The position numbers and the translations under genes are program-made. A stretch of DNA of 64,000 nt from an uncultured Chthonomonadaceae bacterium. Its GTDB lineage: Bacteria; Armatimonadota; Chthonomonadetes; Chthonomonadales; Chthonomonadaceae. Location: assembly GCA_963817895.1 (NCBI GenBank), contig CAWFQB010000004.1:256001-320000 (forward strand). Direction: 5' to 3'. Positions 53,776 through 64,000 of the stretch are shown one piece after another; position 1 is the stretch's first letter, and each line of letters begins with the position of its first letter. The notes below the pieces were generated by a model. It saw only the letters and a list, made by a program, of their open reading frames with translations. It ran no database searches and had not been told where the DNA came from.

Positions 53776-55230
53776 TTACGCGACGAAATCAAGATAGCCC
53801 TTTTCCACATCCACGCCTGCCAGCCGGATGCTGATACGCTCTCCCACCTCCACCTTGCGCTTGCGGGAGCCGATCATGCCCTCCACAGGCGGATGCAGAA
53901 CGCGGGCGTACACGCCCTTCGGCGTCACGCTCGTTACAATCGCTTTAAACCACTCTCCCACGCGCCGTGAAAGCAGGACGGCGGCGGCGGTTCGCTGCAT
54001 CTGGCGTTCCACGCGATCCGCCATGTCCTCCTTCCAGGTGCAGTGCTGCGCCAGTTCCGCCAGTTCCGCTTCGGAATAGGGACATGGCCTGCCCTGCAAG
54101 ACCGCTTTGAGAATCCGCTGCGTAATCAGGTCGGGATAGCGGCGGTTGGGGGCGGTAGAGTGCGCGTAGTCGCGCGCGGCCAGTCCGAAGTGGCCTGCGG
54201 GCGGTTCCCCCGGCAGATGCAGGGCGTATTCTCCCGGCCCCATGAGTTTCACAACGAGCAGGGATAAATCAGGGAAACGCAGCGGGTCGGCTTGCCGCTG
54301 TTGGCGCAAAAAATCCGCGAGCGCGCGGGAATCCGGAACATTGGGAAGCGTCGCGCCGTGTTCCGCCGCCACTCGCATAATGCTGTCCCATCGCTGCGGA
54401 ATATGCACCACGCGCCGCAGGGTGGGAAACCCCTGCTGTTCCAGAAACTGCGCGGTTGCCCCGTTGACCGCGATCATCAGGTCTTCGATCAGTTCCTCGG
54501 CCCGGTTTTGCGGCTCATCTTTCAAATCCACGACCTGCCCGTTGCGCAGTACGGCTTTGGGCTGAACCGTGTCCAATTCCAGCGCGCCATGCTCCTGCCG
54601 CCGCGCCCGCAATCGCTGCGCGACATCATCCTGCAAGCGCAATTGTCCGGGTAGATCGGCAATGGAGTTCAGGGCTTCGGGCATGGGAACGCTCCCGTCC
54701 AGCCATGCCGTCACGCCCCCGTAGGTCAGTTTCGCCTTGTTGCGCGCAGTCGCTTGGAATATCTCCGCGTCTTCCAGCAACCCGGTGTCGTTGACGACAA
54801 AAGACACGACAACCGCAAGCCGATCCTGTTCCTCGCGCAACGAGGTAAGGTCGTGGGATAATCGTTCGGGCAGCATGGGGAAGATTTGCGATACCGTATA
54901 CACCGAGGTGGTATTGTAGCGGGCATGGAGATCGAGGGGAGAGTCTCTGGCGACGAAAGCGTCCACGTCCGCAATGGCGACATAAACGCGGGCGCGCCCG
55001 TTTCCCAGGTCTTCGGCAACGGAAATCTGGTCAATGTCCTGAGAAGTCTCGTTGTCTATAGAGAGCCAGTCCAGCCCGCGCAGGTCGCGCAACGGGGAAC
55101 TCTCCTCCAAAGGACTTTCCAGACCGGCGGCCTGCTCCAGCGCTTCGGGCGAAAACTCCGGCCTCAGATGTCTTTCCCACATCACGCGCTGCGCCATTTC
55201 CGACAGGTCTACACGGCTCTGCTGTCTCAT
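53776..55230 (-). CDS. RNB domain ribonuclease
   Basis: SIDNETSQDIDQ, VAIADV, HSTAPNRRYPDL, S1 tail. Confidence 0.92.
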   Translation of the reverse strand: MRQQSRVDLSEMAQRVMWERHLRPEFSPEALEQAAGLESPLEESSPLRDLRGLDWLSIDNETSQDIDQISVAEDLGNGRARVYVAIADVDAFVARDSPLDLHARYNTTSVYTVSQIFPMLPERLSHDLTSLREEQDRLAVVVSFVVNDTGLLEDAEIFQATARNKAKLTYGGVTAWLDGSVPMPEALNSIADLPGQLRLQDDVAQRLRARRQEHGALELDTVQPKAVLRNGQVVDLKDEPQNRAEELIEDLMIAVNGATAQFLEQQGFPTLRRVVHIPQRWDSIMRVAAEHGATLPNVPDSRALADFLRQQRQADPLRFPDLSLLVVKLMGPGEYALHLPGEPPAGHFGLAARDYAHSTAPNRRYPDLITQRILKAVLQGRPCPYSEAELAELAQHCTWKEDMADRVERQMQRTAAAVLLSRRVGEWFKAIVTSVTPKGVYARVLHPPVEGMIGSRKRKVEVGERISIRLAGVDVEKGYLDFVA

Positions 55231-55505
55231 AACCCCTCCCTTACACGTTCCTTTGTCTTCTCCCGCGTTTGACCGCGCCATTGCGACGCTTTGCGCCAAA
55301 CCATTGATTTACTTCTGGATAGGCAATGTCATATAAGAGCCTGTTTAAGGAAGGGAAAAAAGAAGGTCGTGATGGATTGGTTTTGGAGGTGAGGCCTCTG
55401 AAAGGAGAAATGAAATTCAAAGGGGGATGAAATGCAGTCGCATACGCGCGACACGTCCGGCGTATGATTTATCGGTCAGCGTGGGCGCGTATGCTGAGAC
55501 AGCGG

Positions 55506-56180
55506 CTACTTGATCAGGTCGTAGGTTTGGGAGAGGGAGCCAAGACGTGTTACGCGATTGTCCGGCCCGCACAAAAAGAAAGAGGGAGTAGCCTCTACCC
55601 CCAGCGCGTCGCCGTCGTTCATATCCTTCTCGACCTGCTTCTCCGCTTCTCGCCTGTGAACCTGCTTCAACTTTTCCAAATTGGGACGCGGCCCGGCGGA
55701 AAGCCGGGAGAGGAAGGCTTCTGACATCTCCTGTTGATGCGTATACAGGGAGTCGTGTACCGGCCAGAACTGCCCTTCGATACGCGCGGTTTCCGCGACA
55801 ATCGCCGCCTCATACGCGCGCGGATGCATGTCGCGCAGGGGGTAATTGCGAAAAGTAAACCGCAGTCGCCCCTTAAAGCGTGTCAGAAGAGGGCGGATCG
55901 CTTCATTGACGCGCGCGCATGGCGGACACTGGTAATCCGCAAATTCGACTAAGGTATAGGAGGCCGAGGGTGAACCTGAAAAAACGGCATGGCTGCCGAT
56001 AACTTTGTCCGGCAACGCCGCGATACGGGCGTAAGGCGTAACACGCGACCCGCTCAAATCCTGCAATCGCCGCGAATAAATATGGCTGCCGACCACAAGC
56101 ATAAGAGTCAGAACTCCGACAGCCACAAGCCATTCTCGACGAGAGGCGTTCTCTTGCGGAGGGTTATCTTTGATGGACAT
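55506..56180 (-). CDS. Membrane-anchored DsbA-like thioredoxin
   Basis: VEFADYQCPPC, FRNYPL, GVEATPSFF. Confidence 0.9.
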   Translation of the reverse strand: MSIKDNPPQENASRREWLVAVGVLTLMLVVGSHIYSRRLQDLSGSRVTPYARIAALPDKVIGSHAVFSGSPSASYTLVEFADYQCPPCARVNEAIRPLLTRFKGRLRFTFRNYPLRDMHPRAYEAAIVAETARIEGQFWPVHDSLYTHQQEMSEAFLSRLSAGPRPNLEKLKQVHRREAEKQVEKDMNDGDALGVEATPSFFLCGPDNRVTRLGSLSQTYDLIK

Positions 56181-56787
56181 CAGCAGGCTCCCACTCCGTG
56201 CCAAGAAGATAGCCAAAGTCAACGTCTTTTACATGGTAATCCGCAAACATCTCATTGCACCGCGCATCAAGGAAATCTGATCCGCCATGCCATCCGGGAG
56301 AGTAGTCAGACATCAACAGGGCCGCCGATGAGTTTTCAAAGGATGTTTCCGTCCATCCCAGCAACGGCGGATACCTCGCGTACTCATAACTGCACCCGTA
56401 GGTATCGGAAAGGTTCTCGACAATACCACTGTCCGCAAAATGATGCTCGGAGGGGCAACGGTAGACAGCGCGCGAACGAACGTACGGGTTCAGTATCTGA
56501 GGAAGAACAGGCATCGTTCGGGCCGTTGTCAAATAGGGGTCGGGATACACATCGTCCATGATGCTTCGCGTGTACGGGTCTAACGCAAAGGGCAGACGGT
56601 CGTCGTAATCGCTTACGTATATGGCAATGGCGCTGCCAATCTGGTGAAGGTTGGACAGGCAGGCGGCGCGTCGGGCGTTTTCCCGCGCTATTGCCAGAAC
56701 CGGGAACAGAAGCGCGGCAAGGATGCCTGTGATGCCCATCGCCACAAGCAACTCCAGGAGAGTAAAAGCAAGCCGGTAAGGTTTCAT
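56164..56787 (-). CDS. Prepilin-type / DUF1559-like protein
   Basis: AFTLLELLV...LFPV.A.ARENARRAACLSN, YRCPS, N..F.DYHVK. Confidence 0.9.
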   Translation of the reverse strand: MKPYRLAFTLLELLVAMGITGILAALLFPVLAIARENARRAACLSNLHQIGSAIAIYVSDYDDRLPFALDPYTRSIMDDVYPDPYLTTARTMPVLPQILNPYVRSRAVYRCPSEHHFADSGIVENLSDTYGCSYEYARYPPLLGWTETSFENSSAALLMSDYSPGWHGGSDFLDARCNEMFADYHVKDVDFGYLLGTEWEPADVHQR

Positions 56788-56811
56788 CTCTGCTCGAAAT
56801 CTCCTTTGGCG

Positions 56812-57310
56812 TTACATGCGGGCCTTGTCGGACAAGTTCGCAATAACATTTTTCGCTTCTGTGCGCACTGTCAAATTCTCATCGTGCAGCAGGAGTTCGG
56901 CGCTTGAGCGGACATCAGGCGCTTTCAACTTGTCTAACGCCTTTAACGCTCTTTGCCGCACCACCCACTCAGGATCAGACAGGCAGGCGCGAGCAATCCG
57001 CGGCTTCGCATGCGTGAGCCGAATCCGTCAGGTGGCTTAACGCGGAAAGGACACGCACGCGTATTTGCCAGCTGCTGTTCTGGCTTAATACTCTCATGCG
57101 CGCGATTTCATCCAGGGAAAGATTGTTTTCGTTTTGCGCTTTTCGTTGAAGGGAGCGGGCATCAATATAACTGCGCGGGTCTGCGCCGATAAGCGCGGCC
57201 TCACGCGCCTCCGGGCTAAGGCGCGTGGGATAAAGCGCAAGGAAGCCGCTGAAGGTTAGCAATGCGCCGATTGAAAATCCCACTATCCATTAAATCCATA
57301 AGCGTTTCAT
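56812..57310 (-). CDS. Membrane-anchored HEAT-repeat protein, interrupted (TAA at codon 7, frameshift near 57000)
   Basis: SD ggag + ATG; SWQIRVRVLSAL; CLSDPEWVVRQRALKAL; LHDENLTVRTEA. Confidence 0.7.
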
Positions 57311-57410
57311 CTTTGTCTCCTGCATTATCACGCTTGCGCAAGGTCCGCCTGCCGTTGCCTTCTAACTTACTGTGGCCGAAGTTAAGGGACAGGCGGACGA
57401 CAGTCAGGGA

Positions 57411-57635
57411 TTAGCCCGGACACGCCGAAGAGCAATTTGTCTGATCCGCTTTCGAGGCCTTCGCGCAGGCGGTGGTACAGCAGGTCTGACAGGCATCGCC
57501 CTCCGTTTTCTTGTTGCACCCGCCTTTTTTGGCGCAATCAGGCCATGTGGTGTCCGTAATACTATTTGCCAGCGCCGCAGAGGAGACGACGAGGCCGAGA
57601 AGGACAGGGAACAGGTAAGCCTTGACAATTCGCAT
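57411..57635 (-). CDS. Secreted 8-Cys peptide (74 aa precursor)
   Basis: SD aaagg; signal peptide ending ALA; 8 Cys in a ~51 aa mature region. Confidence 0.75.
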   Translation of the reverse strand: MRIVKAYLFPVLLGLVVSSAALANSITDTTWPDCAKKGGCNKKTEGDACQTCCTTACAKASKADQTNCSSACPG

Positions 57636-58106
57636 TGCGTGAACCTTTCTTGATGATGGAAATAGCCGTTCCTCATGGCAAAGCAGAGAGCGGCGCGCAG
57701 ATTGCAGCCTGCGCGCGTTCGGGCCATCATAACATTCCCGAAGCGCTGATGATTGTTGCGCGCATCGTGGTTTCGGTAACAAAAATGTTCCGAGCAAAAA
57801 GCGCGCTAACCATGTGTGTTTTGAAGGCTGCCCACCCATAAATATGAAAAAGCAGGCTTAAATTAATCTATTATTCATTATGATGAATTAATCCTTCTAT
57901 TTGAGCATGTAAATTTGAAATTTAGCAAAATTGTACAATAATATTTATTTTGGAGTAGATAATTGGTTGTAAATTTACTTATATAGGGTTGTGACGGGCA
58001 GAGCATGTGAACAATCGCCTATTTTGCGCGTCACAACATTTATGATAAATCGTTTCCCACCGTGAGTCCGTGCCATAATTTTCGCATCTTTTCAGGAGCG
58101 CCTGAC

Positions 58107-60008
58107 ATGCCGCGTACTATTCTGTGTCTCGTCCTGCTGATGGGAGCGCTGTCGCCCCTGGCCGCGCAGACCCCTGCCATTCCCACACTCGCCGCATCCC
58201 CGTCCACATCCGACACGATGCTGACGCTCGGCTCCGATGTGCTGACTTTCCCTGAAATCGCGCGAAAATTGTCGGTTGGCGGGCATAAGGTGATGTGCGC
58301 GCCCGCTCTGGAACAGTTTGCCGCGTATGTGTCTCTGAAAAACCGCTCGTGGGAAAAAACAAGCCGCCTGCTGGAGCAGGGCTTGCAGATACAACTGTTT
58401 CCGGGCAAAGACGACCCCACTCGTTTCTCAATGGAGTGGGATCGGGACACCCGCAGGCGCGAACGCGCCTGGCTCAGTCGCTTTGCCGGCAATCTGCTTC
58501 AGTTACCTACAGGAGAAAATGGCGGTTCGCGCCGATTATTTCAAACAGCCCCCGGACGCGCTCAAACAGCAGTATGACAGCGCGAACACCGAAGTGGAAG
58601 CGTTCTACAAGCAGAATGATTTCTCCAAAAGCACACCTTATATCCGTCAGCAAATCAAGCTGTGCCGGGATATGTATCCTGTTATCAGCAACGCGGACGA
58701 GAATCATCTTGGGCTGCTGTGGGCGCAAAATAACATGCCGACGCAGGGACAGATAACGCAGGCGGTTCGGCAGGGGGTTGTGTATCGCGTTCAGGAAACC
58801 GGCCAGATGCCGCCGGATTTGATGAATGCGATTGCGGCGCGAAACCCCCTGCTGTCCAAGAGGAGAAAAAGCCGCTGTTTCGCTATCTTGCCGAATCTTG
58901 GAAGTTGGGCAGTTCCTCCACCATACTGGGATTCTCGTCGCCGGCGCGGATGATGTCGCTGAATGAGTTCGGCTTCTCCCTACAGATGGGACTGGACGCG
59001 CAGTTGCCGCCGCTGCTTCAGGATCAGGAGCCGTCCCTGATTTAATGGGTGTTCGCGGGAGTGCCGGAGGGGGATCAGCACCGTTTCATCGGACTGGGCA
59101 GGGCGGCCATGCAGTGGCTGCAAGCAGAGCAACAGCATACCCGCGCCGCGCTGACCAAAGCGCGTACTCTGGATAGGGATGTGTTCAATCCCAATGACGG
59201 GGCTGGCGACCAATCACGGCGGCTGGAAGCGTGGAGTTGGCGGAGGGATGTGGAAGCCATGAGCGTGGTGTGGCCGTTGCGGGAAATCTGCCAGGGGCGT
59301 ACGGGGAAAGCCGCATACGGACACGCCGCAAGATGCTGATGCGGACGCGCCGACCCTTCAGCAATGGGCGATGGAAGAAACGGACGGGGTATGGCGCGTT
59401 CAGAGCCTGATGGCGTTTATGGACCGCGAACGTATGCTGCCCATCGCCGCGCTGATTGAATTCAGGCGTCCTGAACACGTCACGCAGGAATCGAAAACGC
59501 CCGCGAACCCGGAACAGGCAGTGGGATCCGCGTGGAACTATGAAAAACTGCGCCGCTTATTGCGAATCCGATGAAAACGCGCCCCTCCCTTTCTGGCGGT
59601 ATCCTATGGGGCTGGCAGGTTATCGGGGCGTCAGCACGTCCTCACTGGATGAGAGTGTCGGCGCGATGTTTTTGTGGGAACGCCTGTCCCCGAAAGAACG
59701 CGCCACGATATGGGAACAGGGGCGCAAAGCCTATGCCACCAACTTCGACAGCGCCGCCGTGCCTCTCACGCGATTCAATCCGCGCGACCTCGCCGAAATT
59801 CGCCCGGATTATGCAAGGGTGGGGCATGGAGTATATGCAAGCAAATCTGCCCGGTTTTGCCGACGCGCTGAGTGGCTGTATGCTTTACGTCCGCGTGGAA
59901 ACCCAGCCCGCCAACAGGCCGTCTCGCGTCCCCCTGAGTGTGCGCGGCCCCGAAGGTTCCGGTTTCGATGTGCGCTGCTGCGACGCGCAATTTTTCTGGA
60001 TGCCCTGA
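58107..60008 (+). CDS. Large secreted hypothetical protein, multiply frameshifted; end uncertain
   Basis: SD aggag, signal peptide, consecutive overlapping ORF fragments. Confidence 0.5.
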
Positions 60009-60148
60009 ACGCGCGCCGCTTGCGTAAATCGCCATTTCGTAGGATAATAAGAGTATGGTGGCGTAACTTCCGCTTACGTCAAACGTCTTTAGCGTATACC
60101 CATTTTGTTTGGCTGTTTTCGCCCGTGTGGCTGAAGGAGTTTTTTCGC

Positions 60149-62182
60149 ATGTCCTATCGTCGGCGTCGCCCTGCTGCAACCCTGCCGTCCGCGCTTGCGC
60201 TCACCGCGCTGGCTGCCCTGAGTCTTGCCGCCACTTCAGTCCATGCCGCGCCGCAAAACGGCAAAAGCAAGCCTGTCTCGGCCAAAATACCCTTTAGCGG
60301 CCCTGCGAAAAAAGCGCTTGATCCTGTTTTGCTCGACGCCATCAAGAACGCGCCCCCGGCAACCCAGTATCCGAACAGCAGTTACGCGCGTTTGCTGGAT
60401 TTGGGAACGGTTGCAGTGAAGTCGGACGGCACGACCGTTGCCGAGTACCGCGTCACCTACAAACTTTATAAAAACAACGCCATTTCGCAGCGGCTTGCCG
60501 AAGTGGTGCTTCCATATAACGCCAGTTATCAGGATTTGCGCGTCCTGAGCGCGCGCACGATTAAAAAAGACGGCACGGTTCTGGACGTGAAGCGCGAAGA
60601 TATGCGCGACGGCGGCATTGCGGGCGATTATCTGATGTACGACGACGCGCACGGCATCAACTTTTCCATGCCCGGAATTGAAGACGAGTGCGTTATTGAT
60701 TACACCTTCCAGATGATTACGCATCCGATGTTTCTGCCCGGACAATTTACGACTTACTGGGGCTTTTCCGGCTTTGAACCCGTCGGCGTCAGCCGCCTGA
60801 CCCTGAAAACGCCCGCCGACAAGCCGATGAAGTTCAAGATGTACAACGACAAGCTGGAACCGGTTGTCACGACATCGGTGGACGGCCACACCAAAACCTA
60901 CGTGTGGGAAAAGAAGAATCTGGCCCCGTTGGAGTTTGAGCCGAGTATGCCAAAAGCCGATGACGTGAAAATCTGGATGGAAGCCTCGTCGCTTGACGGC
61001 TGGCAGGACATCGCGGGCTGGTTCTGGGGCTTGCAGCAGCCGCAGGCCAAATCCACGGACGCCATTCGCAAAACCGTCGCATCGGTTACGGCGGGCAAAA
61101 CAACGGACGCGGACAAGTGCCGCGCCATTTATGATTGGGTTGCCAACCGGACGCGCTATGTCGGCATCGAGTTCGGCATTTCGGCTTATAAGCCGCACCC
61201 GGCTTCCGATGTTCACGACAAGATGTACGGCGACTGCAAGGACAAAGCCAACCTGCTGATTACCATGCTCAATCTCGCCAACATCAAGGCGCACCCGGTT
61301 CTGCTTCATGCGGGAGAGCGGCGCATGGTTGGGGACGGCCTGCCCACGCTGAACGCTTTTAACCACTGCATCGCGGTTGCCGATGTGGACGGCAAGGAAG
61401 TCTGGCTGGACGCCACTGCGGAAACCTGCGCGTATGGCGACATTCCCGATGGCGACCGGGGCGTTCAGGCGCTTGTGGTTCGGGACGGCAAGGGCAAGTT
61501 CGAGACGATTCCCATGTACAACCCGACCGAAAACAGCATGGACGTGAAGACCACTATCAAAATGCTGGCGGACGGCAGCGCGCAGACTCAATCGCAGGCC
61601 AACATGAGCGGCGAGTTCGGGCAATCCATGCGCTATTCGGTTCGGCTCATCACGCCCGACAAGCGCAAGGACGTGATGCAAAGCATGGCGGGCAAACTGG
61701 GACTATCAGGCAAGGTGAAAGAGTTCGGCCTGCCGGACGGACAGGACAAGACCGGCCCGTTCACGATGAACATGACGCTGGACTCGGCGCATTACGGCAA
61801 GCCAACCGGCAAAAGCCTGCTGATTCTGCCGCTTGTGAGCAGCATAAACGGTTTCAAGGAAAACCCGTACAAAGCCGAAAAGCGCATCTGGCCGATTGTG
61901 GAAGAGGATACGTCCTCCATTCGCAGCGAAACGGTTTTGACAATTCCCGACGGCTTTGAGATTGATGACTTGCCCGGAAACGTGGATTTGACCTGCCCGA
62001 TTCAGGAGTACCATCGCGCCATCACCAAATCTGCTGACGGTAAAACGGTGACGATTACGGACTCGTTCGTATCCAAACCCGGAACCGTTCCCGCCGCCGA
62101 TTACGCAAAAGTGCGCGGCTTCTACGACGAAATGCTGAAAGCGTCCGATGACCAGATCGTTCTGAAAAAATCCGGCCATTAG
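60149..62182 (+). CDS. DUF3857 + transglutaminase-like protein
   Basis: RYVGIEFG, YGDCKDKA, FNHCI, WLDAT. Confidence 0.9.
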   Translation: MSYRRRRPAATLPSALALTALAALSLAATSVHAAPQNGKSKPVSAKIPFSGPAKKALDPVLLDAIKNAPPATQYPNSSYARLLDLGTVAVKSDGTTVAEYRVTYKLYKNNAISQRLAEVVLPYNASYQDLRVLSARTIKKDGTVLDVKREDMRDGGIAGDYLMYDDAHGINFSMPGIEDECVIDYTFQMITHPMFLPGQFTTYWGFSGFEPVGVSRLTLKTPADKPMKFKMYNDKLEPVVTTSVDGHTKTYVWEKKNLAPLEFEPSMPKADDVKIWMEASSLDGWQDIAGWFWGLQQPQAKSTDAIRKTVASVTAGKTTDADKCRAIYDWVANRTRYVGIEFGISAYKPHPASDVHDKMYGDCKDKANLLITMLNLANIKAHPVLLHAGERRMVGDGLPTLNAFNHCIAVADVDGKEVWLDATAETCAYGDIPDGDRGVQALVVRDGKGKFETIPMYNPTENSMDVKTTIKMLADGSAQTQSQANMSGEFGQSMRYSVRLITPDKRKDVMQSMAGKLGLSGKVKEFGLPDGQDKTGPFTMNMTLDSAHYGKPTGKSLLILPLVSSINGFKENPYKAEKRIWPIVEEDTSSIRSETVLTIPDGFEIDDLPGNVDLTCPIQEYHRAITKSADGKTVTITDSFVSKPGTVPAADYAKVRGFYDEMLKASDDQIVLKKSGH

Positions 62183-62319
62183 CAACCTTTAAGACGTTAT
62201 CCACCAATTTACACGGACTATTGCGAAAACCTATTTTCGCAGCAGATCGGCGTGAGTTCGTGGATAACGTCTTTTTACGTCTTTATTTTGTGCATACTAT
62301 ATTAAGGAGGGTTAGCGTT

Positions 62320-63406
62320 GTGTCACTCGCACAGGCGAAAAGTAAATTGGATGAGATTGAGGCCCGCTACGATGAACTGATTGCGGCAGATGAACGATCC
62401 CGAAGTGAGCAGCGACTATCAGCGCTATACGCAGGCGGCAAAAGGCAAAACCGAAATTGAAGACGTGGCGACCGCGTACAAAGCGTATAAGAGTACGCTG
62501 GAAGATATTCCCGTCGCGGAAGAGATGCTCGGCATGGCGGATGGCGACGAGCGCGTGTATTATCAGGAGGAGCTGGAAAACGCCAAGCGCAAAGCCGACG
62601 AATTGGAACTGCATATCCGGCTGCTGCTGATGCCCAAAGACCCCAAAGACGATCGCAACGTGATTATTGAAATCCGAGCGGCGGCGGGCGGCGAAGAGGC
62701 CAAACTGTTCGCGTTCGAACTGTTCCGCATGTACACGCGCTACGCGGAACGCCGCAAGTGGAAAACCGACATTATCAACTTGCAGGAAACCGGCATCGGC
62801 GGACTGCACGAAGCGACGTTTGAAATCGAAGGCAAGGGCGCGTACAGTCAGTTGAAATTCGAGGGCGGCGTTCATCGGGTTCAGCGCGTACCCGTCACCG
62901 AGTCGAGCGGGCGCATGCAAACGTCTACCGCTACCGTTGCGGTAATGCCGGTCGTGGAAGACGTGGAAGTGGAACTTAACGAGGCCGACATCAAGGAAGA
63001 AATTTATCATTCGGCGGGCGCGGGCGGCCAGAACGTGCAGAAAGTGGCGACGGCCATCCGGCTTATCCACAAACCGACCGGCCTTGTCGTCACCTGTCAG
63101 GACGAGCGCAGCCAACTGCAAAACAAGATCAAGGCGCGGGCGGTTCTGCGGTCGCGTTTGTACGAGATGCAGCTACAGGAGGCCAACGCGGAGCAGGCGG
63201 GTACGCGCCGTTCGCAGGTGGGAACCGGGGAACGCTCGGAAAAAATTCGCACCTATCACTTTCAGGATGGCCGCGTCACCGATCACCGCATCGGCCTGAC
63301 CATTCACAACATCCCCGCCGTGATGGATGGCGACATTCAGGCGTTTATCGACTCGCTGATAACGGCGGATCAGGCGGAAAAAATGCGGGCAAGCAGCGAG
63401 GCTTAA
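62320..63406 (+). CDS. prfA: Peptide chain release factor 1, frameshift near 62385
   Basis: PVT motif (RVPVTES), GGQ, RSEKIRTY; followed by prmC. Confidence 0.95.
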
Positions 63407-63550
63407 CGATTGTCTTGAACCATGATTAGGCATGATTTTGATGATTACCATGATTGAATTTGGTCTTCATCATGGTCGCAGCCAAAATTTTCAGAATTCT
63501 GGTTCAAGATCAAAAGAGCGCCTCCTGACATCATGGTAATCATCAAAATC

Positions 63551-64000
63551 ATGGAAAATCATGGTTCAGACAGAGACGAATGGAATCCTGTCTCTGATTC
63601 TGTAAATTGGGCGACGCGGCAGTTGGCGCAGGCGGGCGTGGAGAACGCCCGGTTTGAGGCGCAACTGCTGCTCGGTCTTGCGCTGAATGTATCGCGGACG
63701 GCGGTTGTGGCGCAAACGTATCCTGCGCTCACGGACGTTCAGCAGCAACGGTTTATCGAACTGGTGACGCGGCGTAGTCAGCGGGTTCCATTCGCGTATT
63801 TGCGGGGAACGCAGGAGTTTTACGGACTGGAATTCGTTGTTACGCCCGATGTGCTGATTCCGCGACCGGAAACCGAAACTTTGGTGGAACTGGCATTGGC
63901 GTGGGCGGCTGAACTGCTGCAAACGCAATCAACTGTAACACTTGCCGATGTGGGAACCGGAAGCGGGTGTATTCCGGTAGCGATACTCAAGAATCAGGCG
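63551..64000 (+). CDS. prmC: Release factor glutamine methyltransferase, partial
   Basis: RRSQRVPFAYLRG, VLIPRPETE, DVGTGSG. Confidence 0.92.
   Translation, partial: MENHGSDRDEWNPVSDSVNWATRQLAQAGVENARFEAQLLLGLALNVSRTAVVAQTYPALTDVQQQRFIELVTRRSQRVPFAYLRGTQEFYGLEFVVTPDVLIPRPETETLVELALAWAAELLQTQSTVTLADVGTGSGCIPVAILKNQA

Noticed and set aside
19794..57292. TAA reassignment suggested by three in-frame TAA codons (19794, 45160, ~57290)
   Set aside because: TAA ends conserved genes such as accB, accC and prfA normally; errors or local decay are more likely.
59456..60148. N-terminal extension of the 908 aa ORF
   Set aside because: The SD and signal peptide indicate a start at 60149; the upstream part overlaps the preceding frameshifted gene.
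62370..62400. Programmed frameshift in the release factor gene
   Set aside because: The protein is RF1 (PVT motif), there is no CTT-TGA site or in-frame stop at the shift, and indels are common throughout the window.

Overview
A 64 kb, roughly 58% GC (by eye) bacterial chromosomal segment. Prepilin/DUF1559-type genes, lineage-specific secreted proteins and the intergenic repeat style suggest Armatimonadota; this is inference only. Housekeeping content includes accB/accC, dgt, hsp20-lon and prfA-prmC. It also holds a TCS-YncE-TolC-MFP-RND efflux operon, a DUF1592/DUF1552 pair, several hydrolases, TA remnants and two low-GC islands. Many genes, including the essential prfA, carry 1-2 nt frameshifts, so the assembly probably has long-read indel errors. 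Top find: a two-copy, unannotated ~170-200 nt unit at ~23.1 kb and ~45.6 kb. Each copy has a strong Shine-Dalgarno, an 8-codon ORF MPVH(S/I)RAP-stop diverged almost only at silent sites, and a conserved structured 3' RNA. It looks like a stand-alone arrest-peptide minigene/sRNA system, and both copies sit at the right edge of a low-GC island encoding a glycine-zipper protein. Other highlights: a secreted 8-Cys peptide operon with HEAT, pilin-like and DsbA genes; an Rpn-like gene with an internal-start C-terminal module plus a tandem orphan copy; a possible integron cassette remnant; and about 10 inverted short-tandem-repeat hairpins at gene junctions.
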